From the IMG/VR virus record IMGVR_UViG_3300001200_000009: 64,000 nucleotides of DNA; one strand, given 5' to 3'. The stretch is from a virus. Positions 8,550 through 18,308 of the stretch are shown one piece after another. The notes under the pieces are model-generated. The model was given only the letters and a program-made list of their open reading frames with translations. It had not been told where the DNA came from and ran no database searches. Both the position numbers and the translations under genes were made by a program. Every line of letters begins with the position of its first letter. Positions within the stretch are counted from its first letter, which is position 1.

Positions 8550-10589
8550 TTAAGTACCTAATGCTATACCGCGGAAGTCTCTAACTCGAGGAACGGTTGA
8601 GTTGTTTTGCGATAGGAATACAATTTTGAATTGGAAGATGTCAAACGCTTCTAGTCCGTCAATTGTGTACTCATATTCTCTAAATACATTAGGGTCATCA
8701 TCTGGCTGGATAATTTGATCGATGTCAGCCTTACTCCAGTCTAACTGTGAGATAACTGATGAAGAACCTGACGAGACAGTTCGATAGTATAATTCAACTT
8801 CAGAGAACGGCGGACGGTTAACTCCCATTAGAACCTTTACACCCTCCGCTGGCTGTTCAAGAGTTACCGGCTCGAATAAATGCTTGCCAAGAGCTGACCC
8901 ATCTTTTGAATCAGTTTCTGCGACAAAGTCATGCGGTACGTTGAAACCAAAGGTTTCAGTCGAAGCTGGATTATCCACACGATTTGCAATAAGATTCATC
9001 GACAATCTTGACAAATCAACGATAGGTGAAACATAATCCGAAGTCGTGGTAAAATCTACTCTTGTTGATAGACCCTTACTGCCATTTTCGTTTAGAGCAG
9101 ATGCTACAACCCTTGGTGAGCGAGTAAAGATATTATCATTGATGTCTACAGGCGCAAATCCTTGAGATGGCACATATGGAAGTTCTGAGCCAGCGTGCGA
9201 TCGACCAGACATCGTTTTAATGTTCCATCTAAGACCTGTTTGACTTAATACCAATTGGTTAGCATTAAGAAATCCTGTGTCCCATAAAATATTAGGACGA
9301 TATACTAGATTTGGTAAGGAAACTAATCCACCTAATGTTGATGTTCCAGCCGCTAATACGATTTCAAACGAGTCAGCCGACGAAACTTTATCAACAACAT
9401 GTGTCGTGTTCCATTCAGCCGCAGTAATACCGAAAACAGTTTGTCCACGATCAAATTGCGTTGTAGAACCAGCGAATAATCCATGGTTTACTGCATGAAC
9501 CCTAACGCGTGGGTTTGCACCAATCTCTAGAATTTCTATTTGAGCGCCCTTGCGATAAGGAACAGCAAGGTTTTCCATGAAAGCCGAACCGCTTGTTTGG
9601 AACTTTGCTCTATTGATTCTGAACATCATGTCTCTAGACTGGTCTGGAGTCCATGTAGAACCATTTTGAGATTTAAAGAACGATCCCATCGCTGGCTGTT
9701 TTGTAATACGTCGACTAGTAGAACCAACAACATACTCGGTCGTCACAGCAGTCCAAATATTATAGTCATCAGATTCGGCAAGTACTACTACACAGTACTC
9801 AATAAATCCTTCTAGATATACCGGAGCTCGGAATGTACCTTTAGTCGCTGTTGCTGGATTGTTAACAGAAGGAGACTCAGATACGTTCACATCCGAAGAT
9901 GGAATAAACACTGCAGCGCCAGGAACAGGCGCATTTGTAGGGCTACCATTAATCATTGGTCTAATTTCAATCTGAAGAGGCACGGTCGCCGACTTTGACT
10001 GCATGTACACTTCAACCGAGGTAATGAATGCGCCTTCATTTTTCTCGATGATAAATGACTGAGCAACCGGGTCTCTTCGTCTAACAATAGGCGGAGGCGG
10101 AGGCGGTAACGGTAAGATTGTGGTAATTGTAGTTTCTTGAGTCTCTAATGTTCCTTGTGCAGTAAAAGCAGCAAAGGCTTTAGAAAGCGCGGTAGCATCA
10201 TTAAGAGAATTCCAATCTAATACCTTGAATTCTCTACGGCCAGCACGAAATCTCAGAGTTGAGTTATTTGGGATAAACAAAGACCCTTCGATAACTCCAT
10301 TGTTATCAGAAATAAGAGGAGTAGCTCCTTCTGGGTGAGAAGTCTCGTCTTGGGTTAGGTCATCATCAGAATCTACTTCCGAGATAAATTGAAATGGTTC
10401 TTCGCGAACCCAATCGGATACGTCAACGCCGTCAAAGAAAGGACGGTGTCTCATGTTAGGTAATAGACCTTCCATGCGGAAATAAACCAACTGAGACCGA
10501 ATGAATGGAAGCAAAACGCTATCCACTGTTCTAGTTTCAGTAGTTCTTCTAATACCTCCAGGGAGGTTAACTGATGTTGGTCTTAACAT
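8550..10589 (-). CDS. DUF4815/VrlC-like virion protein, C-terminal half
   Basis: PFIRSQ, PFFDGVDVS, DPVAQSF, GSFFKSQNGSTWT..Q..D..F and FREYEY..FQFKIV..PRVRDFR motifs. Confidence 0.8.
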   Translation of the reverse strand: MLRPTSVNLPGGIRRTTETRTVDSVLLPFIRSQLVYFRMEGLLPNMRHRPFFDGVDVSDWVREEPFQFISEVDSDDDLTQDETSHPEGATPLISDNNGVIEGSLFIPNNSTLRFRAGRREFKVLDWNSLNDATALSKAFAAFTAQGTLETQETTITTILPLPPPPPPIVRRRDPVAQSFIIEKNEGAFITSVEVYMQSKSATVPLQIEIRPMINGSPTNAPVPGAAVFIPSSDVNVSESPSVNNPATATKGTFRAPVYLEGFIEYCVVVLAESDDYNIWTAVTTEYVVGSTSRRITKQPAMGSFFKSQNGSTWTPDQSRDMMFRINRAKFQTSGSAFMENLAVPYRKGAQIEILEIGANPRVRVHAVNHGLFAGSTTQFDRGQTVFGITAAEWNTTHVVDKVSSADSFEIVLAAGTSTLGGLVSLPNLVYRPNILWDTGFLNANQLVLSQTGLRWNIKTMSGRSHAGSELPYVPSQGFAPVDINDNIFTRSPRVVASALNENGSKGLSTRVDFTTTSDYVSPIVDLSRLSMNLIANRVDNPASTETFGFNVPHDFVAETDSKDGSALGKHLFEPVTLEQPAEGVKVLMGVNRPPFSEVELYYRTVSSGSSSVISQLDWSKADIDQIIQPDDDPNVFREYEYTIDGLEAFDIFQFKIVFLSQNNSTVPRVRDFRGIALGT

Positions 10590-10596
10590 TTATTGC

Positions 10597-13575
10597 CTAA
10601 AATATTTGAATGTTGCGAATGTCTTCTCGGAAATTGCCGCCAAAGGCACCACCTGTAGCTCCACCACCAAGCTGGAAACTTCCATCTAGGACAGGTGTCG
10701 TAGGTCTACCGGCCCAGTTCCATGCCCAGTTACCCCAGTTACCGAATTGAATTGGGTTAACGCGCGTCGTGCCTTGAATTGTGGTTGTTACTGTTTGTGT
10801 TTCCACGTCTCTCCATTCATCTGTTTCTGGAGATATAGTGATACCACCGATACCCGTAATAACCGAATAAGGATTCACGTTAATCGATGATGACGCAAGT
10901 TCTTGTTGAATTTCTAGCTCTTCGGTATAATCAAGCATTAGCATATCACCGACTTGGGCCATATTAGAGCTTGTGCCATCGTTTGTCGCCGCCTTATACA
11001 CCAATCGGATGTTTTTCTCATCGAATGTAGGTCTAACTTCTCCAGCCACAGGGTCAATCGAAGAACGATACTCTGGAGATGTAAAGTCAGCAAATGCATG
11101 GTCATTAAAATTGTCAACAAAGAATCCAGACTTGAATCGATTGTTGCCGTTGTCGTCTAATACTTCGAACGCCGCAGTAGACGTCTCAAGAGCAGATAGT
11201 GTAGCAAATTCTTCTAGTCTATCGACACGATTTTCGATTTTACCGATATCTCTCATCGTATAGCGTTTGTTCTCCACGAAAGAAAGGAAAATGTCTTGCT
11301 CATCTAGAGTACCAGCGTTCATAAAGATTTGGTAAATTGCCATTGCATTATCAGGATGAGGCGGAATAGTAGCATCTAAAGATGGATTACCTTCTGATAT
11401 TCCAAATGTACCTTCTTCGTCCAAATAAAGAACGTCAACCCGAGGTAAGAAGTATGTTACATCGCCTTGAATAGACTCGTTCTGTTGAGGTAGCTCATTA
11501 ACAAATGCTCCACTACCAGAAAATGACCCAGAGCTATTCTTACGAGGTCTAAAGTCGAAATATTCAGAAAGACTTTCAAATCTTCCATCCGCAAATCTGT
11601 GAACCGGAATATCTTTATAGGTGTATTCTGGTAGGTCAACTAAAGAGTTGTATGAGTCAACCGAGAAATAGTCTCCAGTACCATGCGAGAAATATGAAAA
11701 ATTCACAGTAACAGAACCACCAGGAACTGGGCTTCGGCCCGACTTAAGGATTAATTTACCTTCGTCATAATAGTTATCGCGTTGTCCATTGTCCAATCTA
11801 TAATTATCAGTGATATCGTTACCACCACCATCAAGTACTTCATCTACCTTATAGATATCGAATTCGCCTAACTCAACAACACCGCCAACTTCTGATTTTA
11901 TATCAGACACTTCATTAAGAGTTTTAGCTCTAGCAGTAGACGTTGCGGTAGTTTTATCAAGAATTGCAGCAATACGATATGTTTCCGAAGCATTTAGACC
12001 ACTCAATGTAATAGTCTGCGCTCCAGTCCCTGTAGATGACGGTGTCACGACTGTACCATCATTTTGAGTGATTATCCATGAGTTATAGCTAGCCCATGTC
12101 TGTGTTGGAGCATTGGTATCAAGCGTAATTTCTCCAGAACCGTTTGAAGCCATAGAAATATATCTCTGAACTCTAACAGTAATATCCTGGATAGATTTAA
12201 TACGTGAGTTGGGAACTCTAAACAATAGGCTATTCTGACGAGTGTCTTCAAGAATTGCATCGTTACTCGTTGGCGCGTTTGAAGCATTAATCAATGTTGC
12301 GCTAAAATTAGTACCGTCGATCGTCTCTACCTGATTAAAGGCTCCACTAGTCATCTCAACTTCGAAGAGGTATAGTCTAAATCTGTCAGCAGCTTCGGCT
12401 TCGATATATCGAATTCTAGCAGTACCGATTGTTACTCCACCATCTTTTAAGTTATATTGAGGGAATGTAGAAAGGTTAGGCACTCCAGACAAAGTGTTTA
12501 CACGAATGTAGTTACCAAAGTATGTTGATGTCCGTCCGTTATTTTGAAGGTCAGTATCAAGAGCTCTACGAGTTTCAACTCTTGTTGCTAATGGCTTATC
12601 AATTTCATAACCTCGAACATAGGCCTTACCAGTATCGACCACAAGGTCCAAAAGAGTTTCATCTGTTGGATGCTCTTGGGCGCGTACAATAAAAGGTTCA
12701 ACCGTGTAATTACCAGACTCGTCGAAAGTTCTTCGAGCAAGCTCTTGGCCAAGTAGGGCGTACTGCGAACGGGTAAGCTGTTCTACAATTTCTTGGTCTT
12801 TGATGGTAACAATAGTGAAATACTCTTTAACAAGTAGACCATCTCCATCGACGGCCGCGTCTTTCTTAATAAGCGACAGAGTATTTTTTAAGCGATCAGC
12901 TCCAGGCGCGTTCTTGTTATTAGTACCATTAGCATTATCTAATAGAGATGGGTCATCATTTGAAGTAACCAACTCTTGGTCAAATATAAGACCAATTTCT
13001 TGAACGCCCGAAGGAATTCCATATTTCTCTATTAGGAGAGATTGAGAAACCGCGGCCACAAAGAAACCATTAACGAAATAGATACCTTTGTCCAAATCTA
13101 CTTTAGTTCCAACTCCAGTACCTGAAGAAGTGTAAGACCCTGAGCCAGTTTCAGGGTTAGTCCATGTAACCGTCTCGCCTGTTTGGAAACGTCCACCATC
13201 TGAACCTCCACCACCTGTGTAACGAAGGTATAGAGTAACCGGATCGCCATTTTCGGCTGGAATAGCTTGAATGACCTCGGCAATCATGTTAGAAGTGTTA
13301 CCGACTAGTGTAGCGCCAGAAATAACCCCACCTAATTCAGCGTCAGTGATCGTTAAGTATTCGTAATTGGTATCTACAGACACACCGCCCGGAACAACAA
13401 CCGATCCGTCAAGAAAGATATTCTGTCCAAATCTAGTGATTTGGTTTTGAAGGATAGTTTGAAGTTGTGTTAGCTCTCGAGCTTGAACCGCCCTACCAGG
13501 TCGATAAAGAAGCCGAGCAAAGCCTTTATCTTCATCGTAATCGTCGTAATAAGGAGCTAGTGATGTGTCAACCAT
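10597..13575 (-). CDS. DUF4815/VrlC-like virion protein, N-terminal half
   Basis: PYYDDY..LYRPGRAVQARELTQLQTILQNQI, APGADRLK, LARRTFDESGNY, RYTMRDIG and RFKSGFFVDNF motifs; start at a TAATG overlap. Confidence 0.85.
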   Translation of the reverse strand: MVDTSLAPYYDDYDEDKGFARLLYRPGRAVQARELTQLQTILQNQITRFGQNIFLDGSVVVPGGVSVDTNYEYLTITDAELGGVISGATLVGNTSNMIAEVIQAIPAENGDPVTLYLRYTGGGGSDGGRFQTGETVTWTNPETGSGSYTSSGTGVGTKVDLDKGIYFVNGFFVAAVSQSLLIEKYGIPSGVQEIGLIFDQELVTSNDDPSLLDNANGTNNKNAPGADRLKNTLSLIKKDAAVDGDGLLVKEYFTIVTIKDQEIVEQLTRSQYALLGQELARRTFDESGNYTVEPFIVRAQEHPTDETLLDLVVDTGKAYVRGYEIDKPLATRVETRRALDTDLQNNGRTSTYFGNYIRVNTLSGVPNLSTFPQYNLKDGGVTIGTARIRYIEAEAADRFRLYLFEVEMTSGAFNQVETIDGTNFSATLINASNAPTSNDAILEDTRQNSLLFRVPNSRIKSIQDITVRVQRYISMASNGSGEITLDTNAPTQTWASYNSWIITQNDGTVVTPSSTGTGAQTITLSGLNASETYRIAAILDKTTATSTARAKTLNEVSDIKSEVGGVVELGEFDIYKVDEVLDGGGNDITDNYRLDNGQRDNYYDEGKLILKSGRSPVPGGSVTVNFSYFSHGTGDYFSVDSYNSLVDLPEYTYKDIPVHRFADGRFESLSEYFDFRPRKNSSGSFSGSGAFVNELPQQNESIQGDVTYFLPRVDVLYLDEEGTFGISEGNPSLDATIPPHPDNAMAIYQIFMNAGTLDEQDIFLSFVENKRYTMRDIGKIENRVDRLEEFATLSALETSTAAFEVLDDNGNNRFKSGFFVDNFNDHAFADFTSPEYRSSIDPVAGEVRPTFDEKNIRLVYKAATNDGTSSNMAQVGDMLMLDYTEELEIQQELASSSINVNPYSVITGIGGITISPETDEWRDVETQTVTTTIQGTTRVNPIQFGNWGNWAWNWAGRPTTPVLDGSFQLGGGATGGAFGGNFREDIRNIQIF

Positions 13576-13784
13576 TATTCTATATTCCAATCAACAATTT
13601 GTTTGGCCTGTTTAAGCGACGAGCCGGTGTCAACACCATTACCTAAATCGTCATAAACATTCCAATTGCCAGTATCTTCGGTTTTTTGGATAATCCACCC
13701 TCTATAGATGTATCTACCGTATTCCCCGCCTCTTTTAAGTTTGTGCTCACGAAGAATTTGTTCTGCAGCTTCAGATAAATTCAT
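13575..13784 (-). CDS. hypothetical protein with LSEA..ILRE N-terminus (possible internal head protein)
   Basis: 69-aa ORF with TAATG overlaps on both sides. Confidence 0.6.
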   Translation of the reverse strand: MNLSEAAEQILREHKLKRGGEYGRYIYRGWIIQKTEDTGNWNVYDDLGNGVDTGSSLKQAKQIVDWNIE

Positions 13785-14587
13785 TATATTTTACTCTTAC
13801 AATTATCCATATGATATTTATACATGGCTGGGCCAGAACCTTTCTTAGAACAGTAAGGACATATCACCTTTTTGAAATTCTTTTTCTTACCTTTTTGACA
13901 TCCAACATATACCCCAGGGACTTTCTTTTTACCCTTCATAGCTACTGAAATTTTAGCTTTAGACTCTTCACTATGAGAACTATTGATATTAGCTTTAGCT
14001 TCTTTTATAGCTTTACAATGAGCTTTAGATTTTGTTTTACCACTAAGGGCCTTTGAAATTTTTTGACCTATTTCTTCTGTTTTTCTTTCAGTTCTATTTT
14101 TGTGTACCGCCCTTAGAGATTTTGCCCTATCTTCAATTTGTTTTGAGGTTTTGTTTTTGTTGTATCGCCTTAATCCTTCGGAATGCTTGGTTTTCCATTC
14201 TTCCGATCTGTTCCTTTTTAGGTAGACAGAATTATCTCTCTGAGCGGCATGCAACTTCATTTTAGCTATAGACTTTGGGGTGTGTTTACCCGTAAAGCCT
14301 AATATATTTCCATTTGGGCCTCCCGGAACTAAATTATAATTGTTTTTTTCTAAGCAAAATTCTTTAGTTACAATTTCAGCTTCTTTATCATATGCCTCTT
14401 GTAAAGTGTCAAACTTGTAGAGAATTTTTTTAGAGAAATTACCTTTTCCATACTTCTTTATAGCTTTAGAAATAGCATTTCCGGACCCCATATAACTGTC
14501 TTCAGGATTCTTGGTTTTATGAACTCCTATATAAATTTTGCCGTTTATAGTATTTGTTGTTTCATAGACTGTATAATATGTTTTCAT
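13784..14587 (-). mobile_element. Seg-like GIY-YIG homing endonuclease 2 (the only co-oriented copy)
   Basis: VYETTN..NGKIYIG, YMGSG, AYDKE, YN, NUMOD3-like repeats, CPYC..YHMDNCK; TATAAATA at 14593-14600 is 5 nt before the ATG. Confidence 0.9.
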
Positions 14588-14605
14588 ACAGTTATTTATA
14601 TAAAA

Positions 14606-16183
14606 TCAGACCTGAATTACGAGTTTGATGTCTTCTGTTTGGTCTGGAGCTCTTGAAACCGCGACACGATTTTCAAGATAAAGGACTGTACCTGAGTATT
14701 TATCGAATTCGCCAGGAGTATTTGAAGTAGCAATTGTGCCAGCCGAAACGCCTGTTCCAGTTAAAGCCTCCCCATCAGAGAAATCTACAAATCCAGTGTC
14801 ATCATTTTGATGATAATAAAGAGTTTCGGTATTTGCGTCATAGTAGTCTATGATAGCCTTCGCGCCTGATGAAGCACCAGTGATTACATCATCAAGAACC
14901 CATGTTCCAGATGGCTGAACTGTATGAGACTCAAGAGCAATACCGGTAGTTTCTGTGAATCCTGAAGCAGGAGAACCCTTAAGCGGATTCTTAATAATTG
15001 TTAACTGACGATAGTTGTTTGCTGGAATAAAGTCACCATTGAATCCATCAACCGGATTTTCATCACCCTCTAGAACGATATTGAACATTAAGAAATAAGC
15101 GTTAAGTTCTAGAAGAGGATTATAGCCAAATCCACCTTTAGCTGTTGTATATTGAACATTGAGTTCAGCTTCGGTACCAGCAGTAGAAAATGTCGGAATA
15201 GCCTTCGCTTCAGTATAGCCATATCCTGGAGTATCGATTACTACAGAATTCTGAATCGATCCACCAACAACCGTTGCTGTAGCTGTAGCTCCAGTACCAT
15301 CACCATTAATATCTAAAGCCAATGAACCATTCGTGTATGACGACCCACCTGAGACTACCTCTACTCCTTCAATTTCTCTTCCTAGAGACGTAGGAGATAC
15401 AACTGCATTAGCAATAGCTGGGGTTGTGGGCGACCCACCTGAGATAGCAACCTTCGCGTAAGTATATCCTGAACCGTAGTTGGTTATCGCAATATTAGTT
15501 ATTACGCCACCAGAAATAGTAGCAGTAGCAGCCGCTCCTGTTCCGTTACCAGTGATCGAAATAGTTGGTGTAGAACCATATCCTGCGCCTTGTTCAGTTA
15601 AAACAACATCAAAGATTTGTCCAGCTGTCGCATTGGCAGCCACGAATTCGTTTCTGAAAACTGGCATAAAGTCATTTGTTAGATATTTTTGAGCGTCAAC
15701 AGCCGAAATAGTGTATAGATATTTCCAAATGTAACCATCAGCTCCTAGAACGGGTTGTGCAATACCTTGGTCGGTTTGAACACCAGTTCCGTTATCGTCA
15801 ACTCCAAGCGGCTCAACAGTCGAAGAACCAGCACCAGCCTTTAGACAGATGTAAACATTAAAGTTGTTTTGGTTAATGACATAATACTGTTTGGTATGAA
15901 GGTCTGCGTCTGCGTCGTCATAAGCTACAAAAGTTTCACCAGCTTTCCAGTTATATCTTGGAGCACAAGGCGTAACGTCAACAATTCTCTTAATCGATTG
16001 AAGTCCATGACGAACTCTTAGAGAATCTTGTGGTGCAACAGTAGGTTGTGGTGGTTGAAGGTCATTCTCCCATGGCTCAGAACGGCCAATGCCAAGGTAA
16101 TATAGGTCTTGGCCCAATGTTACTCGGTTGAAGATGCCTGATAGGTTATCGAATCTAAACCGATCGGTAATAATTGCTGTCAA
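14606..16183 (-). CDS. gp8: baseplate wedge subunit (TTG start)
   Basis: AIITD.FR, YLGIGR..PW, PRYNW, VYICL, DGYIWKYLYT and LYLENR..VSR..DQTEDIKLVI motifs. Confidence 0.92.
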   Translation of the reverse strand: MTAIITDRFRFDNLSGIFNRVTLGQDLYYLGIGRSEPWENDLQPPQPTVAPQDSLRVRHGLQSIKRIVDVTPCAPRYNWKAGETFVAYDDADADLHTKQYYVINQNNFNVYICLKAGAGSSTVEPLGVDDNGTGVQTDQGIAQPVLGADGYIWKYLYTISAVDAQKYLTNDFMPVFRNEFVAANATAGQIFDVVLTEQGAGYGSTPTISITGNGTGAAATATISGGVITNIAITNYGSGYTYAKVAISGGSPTTPAIANAVVSPTSLGREIEGVEVVSGGSSYTNGSLALDINGDGTGATATATVVGGSIQNSVVIDTPGYGYTEAKAIPTFSTAGTEAELNVQYTTAKGGFGYNPLLELNAYFLMFNIVLEGDENPVDGFNGDFIPANNYRQLTIIKNPLKGSPASGFTETTGIALESHTVQPSGTWVLDDVITGASSGAKAIIDYYDANTETLYYHQNDDTGFVDFSDGEALTGTGVSAGTIATSNTPGEFDKYSGTVLYLENRVAVSRAPDQTEDIKLVIQV

Positions 16184-16219
16184 AATTTTATCCTTATAAA
16201 TATATTGAGGAGTTCATCT

Positions 16220-16828
16220 ATGTTTATTTATACGGTCTATAAGACAACAAATTTAGTAAACGGCAAAATTTATGTCGGGGTTCACAAAACTAAGAACCCT
16301 AATGACTCGTATTTAGGGTCTGGCAATCAAATCAAACGAGCAATTGAAAAATATGGCGCAGATTCATTCTCTAAAGAAATACTGTTTGAATATGCCGATA
16401 AAGATTTAGCGTATGCTAAAGAGGCTGAAATTGTAAACGAAGAATTTTTATTAAGAGATGACGTGTATAACCTTTGTCATGGTGGTAAAGCATTTAAAGG
16501 GATGTTAGGTAAGACTCATACTGAGGAACACAAACAATATCTCAGAGAATTGTCTACCGGTAAATTACATACCCAAGATGCCAAAGACAAAATGCGACAA
16601 AATGCTTCTAAACATTGGGAAGGTAAGAAATTTACTGAATCCCATAAAAGCAAAATGGCCAAGGCAAAACAAAAACGAGTTGAAATAGACGGAATTGAAT
16701 TTGACTCAATGACTGCTGCTGCCAAGCATTTTAATAGAGGCGGAGCTGCTATCCGATTCTGGATTAAGAAGGGTAGAGGAAAGTTTATCTTGGAAGAAGT
16801 AGATTTTCCCATCCTTTTCCATCTTTAG
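16220..16828 (+). mobile_element. Seg-like GIY-YIG homing endonuclease 3 (NUMOD3 + C-terminal NUMOD1-like HTH)
   Basis: VYKTTNLVNGKIYVG, YLGSG, AYAKE, YN, IDGIEFDS...AAKHF; TATAAATA 16195-16202 and GAGGAG SD. Confidence 0.9.
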
Positions 16829-17195
16829 ACTGAATTTTGTGCCACTTATAACCAAGCTTTCCATATGGCTCGATTCTCTCGTGGTTATTGTCAAGAACGT
16901 ATGAACCGCCTTCGGTGTCAACCACCAGGACAGCGTGATATTCTTTATTTTCGGCCCAACAGGTAGCGAGTCTAAAGTCGTTTCTGTTGTCAGGAAATGC
17001 TTCGATTAGAAGAGCTCGTTTGGTTACTGCATAATCGTCGCAGTCTCCATACCCTTTGCCTCTTATAATTTCCCAATATTCAGGAATGTCAAGATTAGGA
17101 TAACTCTCCTTGTCAGTCCTGTATTTTATATTCTTATTGACCTTCCTCTGGATTTTCTGAACTATCTTTCGATTTTCCGGTGTCCACTGTAACAT
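16785..17195 (-). CDS. transglutaminase-like cysteine protease (BTLCP / Peptidase C93, LapG-like), catalytic part
   Basis: Catalytic triad context GDCDDYAVTKR ... HAVLVV ... VLDN; also VN..I...D and W motifs. Confidence 0.88.
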   Translation of the reverse strand: MLQWTPENRKIVQKIQRKVNKNIKYRTDKESYPNLDIPEYWEIIRGKGYGDCDDYAVTKRALLIEAFPDNRNDFRLATCWAENKEYHAVLVVDTEGGSYVLDNNHERIEPYGKLGYKWHKIQSKDGKGWENLLLPR

Positions 17196-17361
17196 TTATA
17201 GCTGGTTCCCTGTCTGTTGAACATTGATCGGGTTCTCGCTTACAAAATTCCGTGTAGCCATAGGGTGCGCTCGTAGGAGCGCCAGAGGGAAAGTGTGGGT
17301 TTTGAGTTGAAGAACATGCTGCCAGAATAATGCATAAACTACTTACTATGAATCTTTTCAT
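17134..17361 (-). CDS. lipoprotein equivalent to the N-terminal part of alphaproteobacterial BTLCP
   Basis: Lipobox LAAC; PYGYTEFCKREPDQC matches the P.G..EFC...P..C motif of BTLCP N-termini. Confidence 0.75.
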   Translation of the reverse strand: MKRFIVSSLCIILAACSSTQNPHFPSGAPTSAPYGYTEFCKREPDQCSTDREPAINVTVDTGKSKDSSENPEEGQ

Positions 17362-18308
17362 GTGATAATAATCCTTGCGCTTCTAGCTCTTGTGAAAGGA
17401 ATTTCCTTTGCGTTATATTTATCAAAATCCTCAATTTTGAGGTGCTCGATAGAATAAATTGGATATACTGAAGACACCATATTTTTGCTGCCTTGGTCTA
17501 AATTACGTGCCGGTTCGGCGATGCATACGTCCCAGAACTTACGAATAATTTGACAGAATCCTTGCATTCTAAGCGCAGCAGGAGAAGCAACTTGTTCGTT
17601 GACTGCGAAGAATATAGCCGCTCCAAGAATAAGTAAATTAGTATCGCGTTCTTGGAATCCAGGTACGCATGTAGGAGACTTAGTGTTGTATTCAAATTGA
17701 GCTAGCTCGGTAAGCCTAACTTCTCCAAACAAATTCCATCCAGCGGGATGAGCAAGTTGTGTAAAGAGCGGTCCCCAGTCAGAGATCGATACGTCTGAGC
17801 GGACAAGATAAGAGAAAATCTGGTAAAAGTTCGAGTCTTGAATGACCATAGTAGTCTCTGATAATCGGCCGCGGCTGTCTGTCCACCTTTGTCCTGCCTC
17901 GTCCCACTGTCCATCCGAGACTCTAAGCATATTATCCTTTGGATAGACCACCTCAGCTTCAGCATTTAGGAACAACTTAAAATATGCTTCCATGGCTCGC
18001 TGTGAACCCTTCGATTTAAACCAATACTCGAAAACCTTAAGGGCTGTAGAATCATCTAAGGCAGTATTGTTAGGAAACGACGGCGCGTATTCTTTCTTTA
18101 GCAACTCAAGAAAAGTATTTGAACCAACATCTACGTTTCGAATATCTCTTAGTTGAGCCAGAATCCCATCAATTCCATCTGATGAATCAATAAATTTGTA
18201 GTACACGTCCAAAAATTTGACAAAATCCGGGTACTCCTTAACGAAATGAGACGGCAAAACAGTCTCAATCGATGGTCTACGAAAATTGGATGGTGTAATA
18301 GCTCTCAT
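17358..18308 (-). CDS. gp7: baseplate wedge initiator (short form)
   Basis: LP..F..EYP.FV.FL..YY, KSKGS, YPKD, IQDS.FYQ.FSY and HPAG motifs. Confidence 0.85.
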   Translation of the reverse strand: MRAITPSNFRRPSIETVLPSHFVKEYPDFVKFLDVYYKFIDSSDGIDGILAQLRDIRNVDVGSNTFLELLKKEYAPSFPNNTALDDSTALKVFEYWFKSKGSQRAMEAYFKLFLNAEAEVVYPKDNMLRVSDGQWDEAGQRWTDSRGRLSETTMVIQDSNFYQIFSYLVRSDVSISDWGPLFTQLAHPAGWNLFGEVRLTELAQFEYNTKSPTCVPGFQERDTNLLILGAAIFFAVNEQVASPAALRMQGFCQIIRKFWDVCIAEPARNLDQGSKNMVSSVYPIYSIEHLKIEDFDKYNAKEIPFTRARSARIIIT

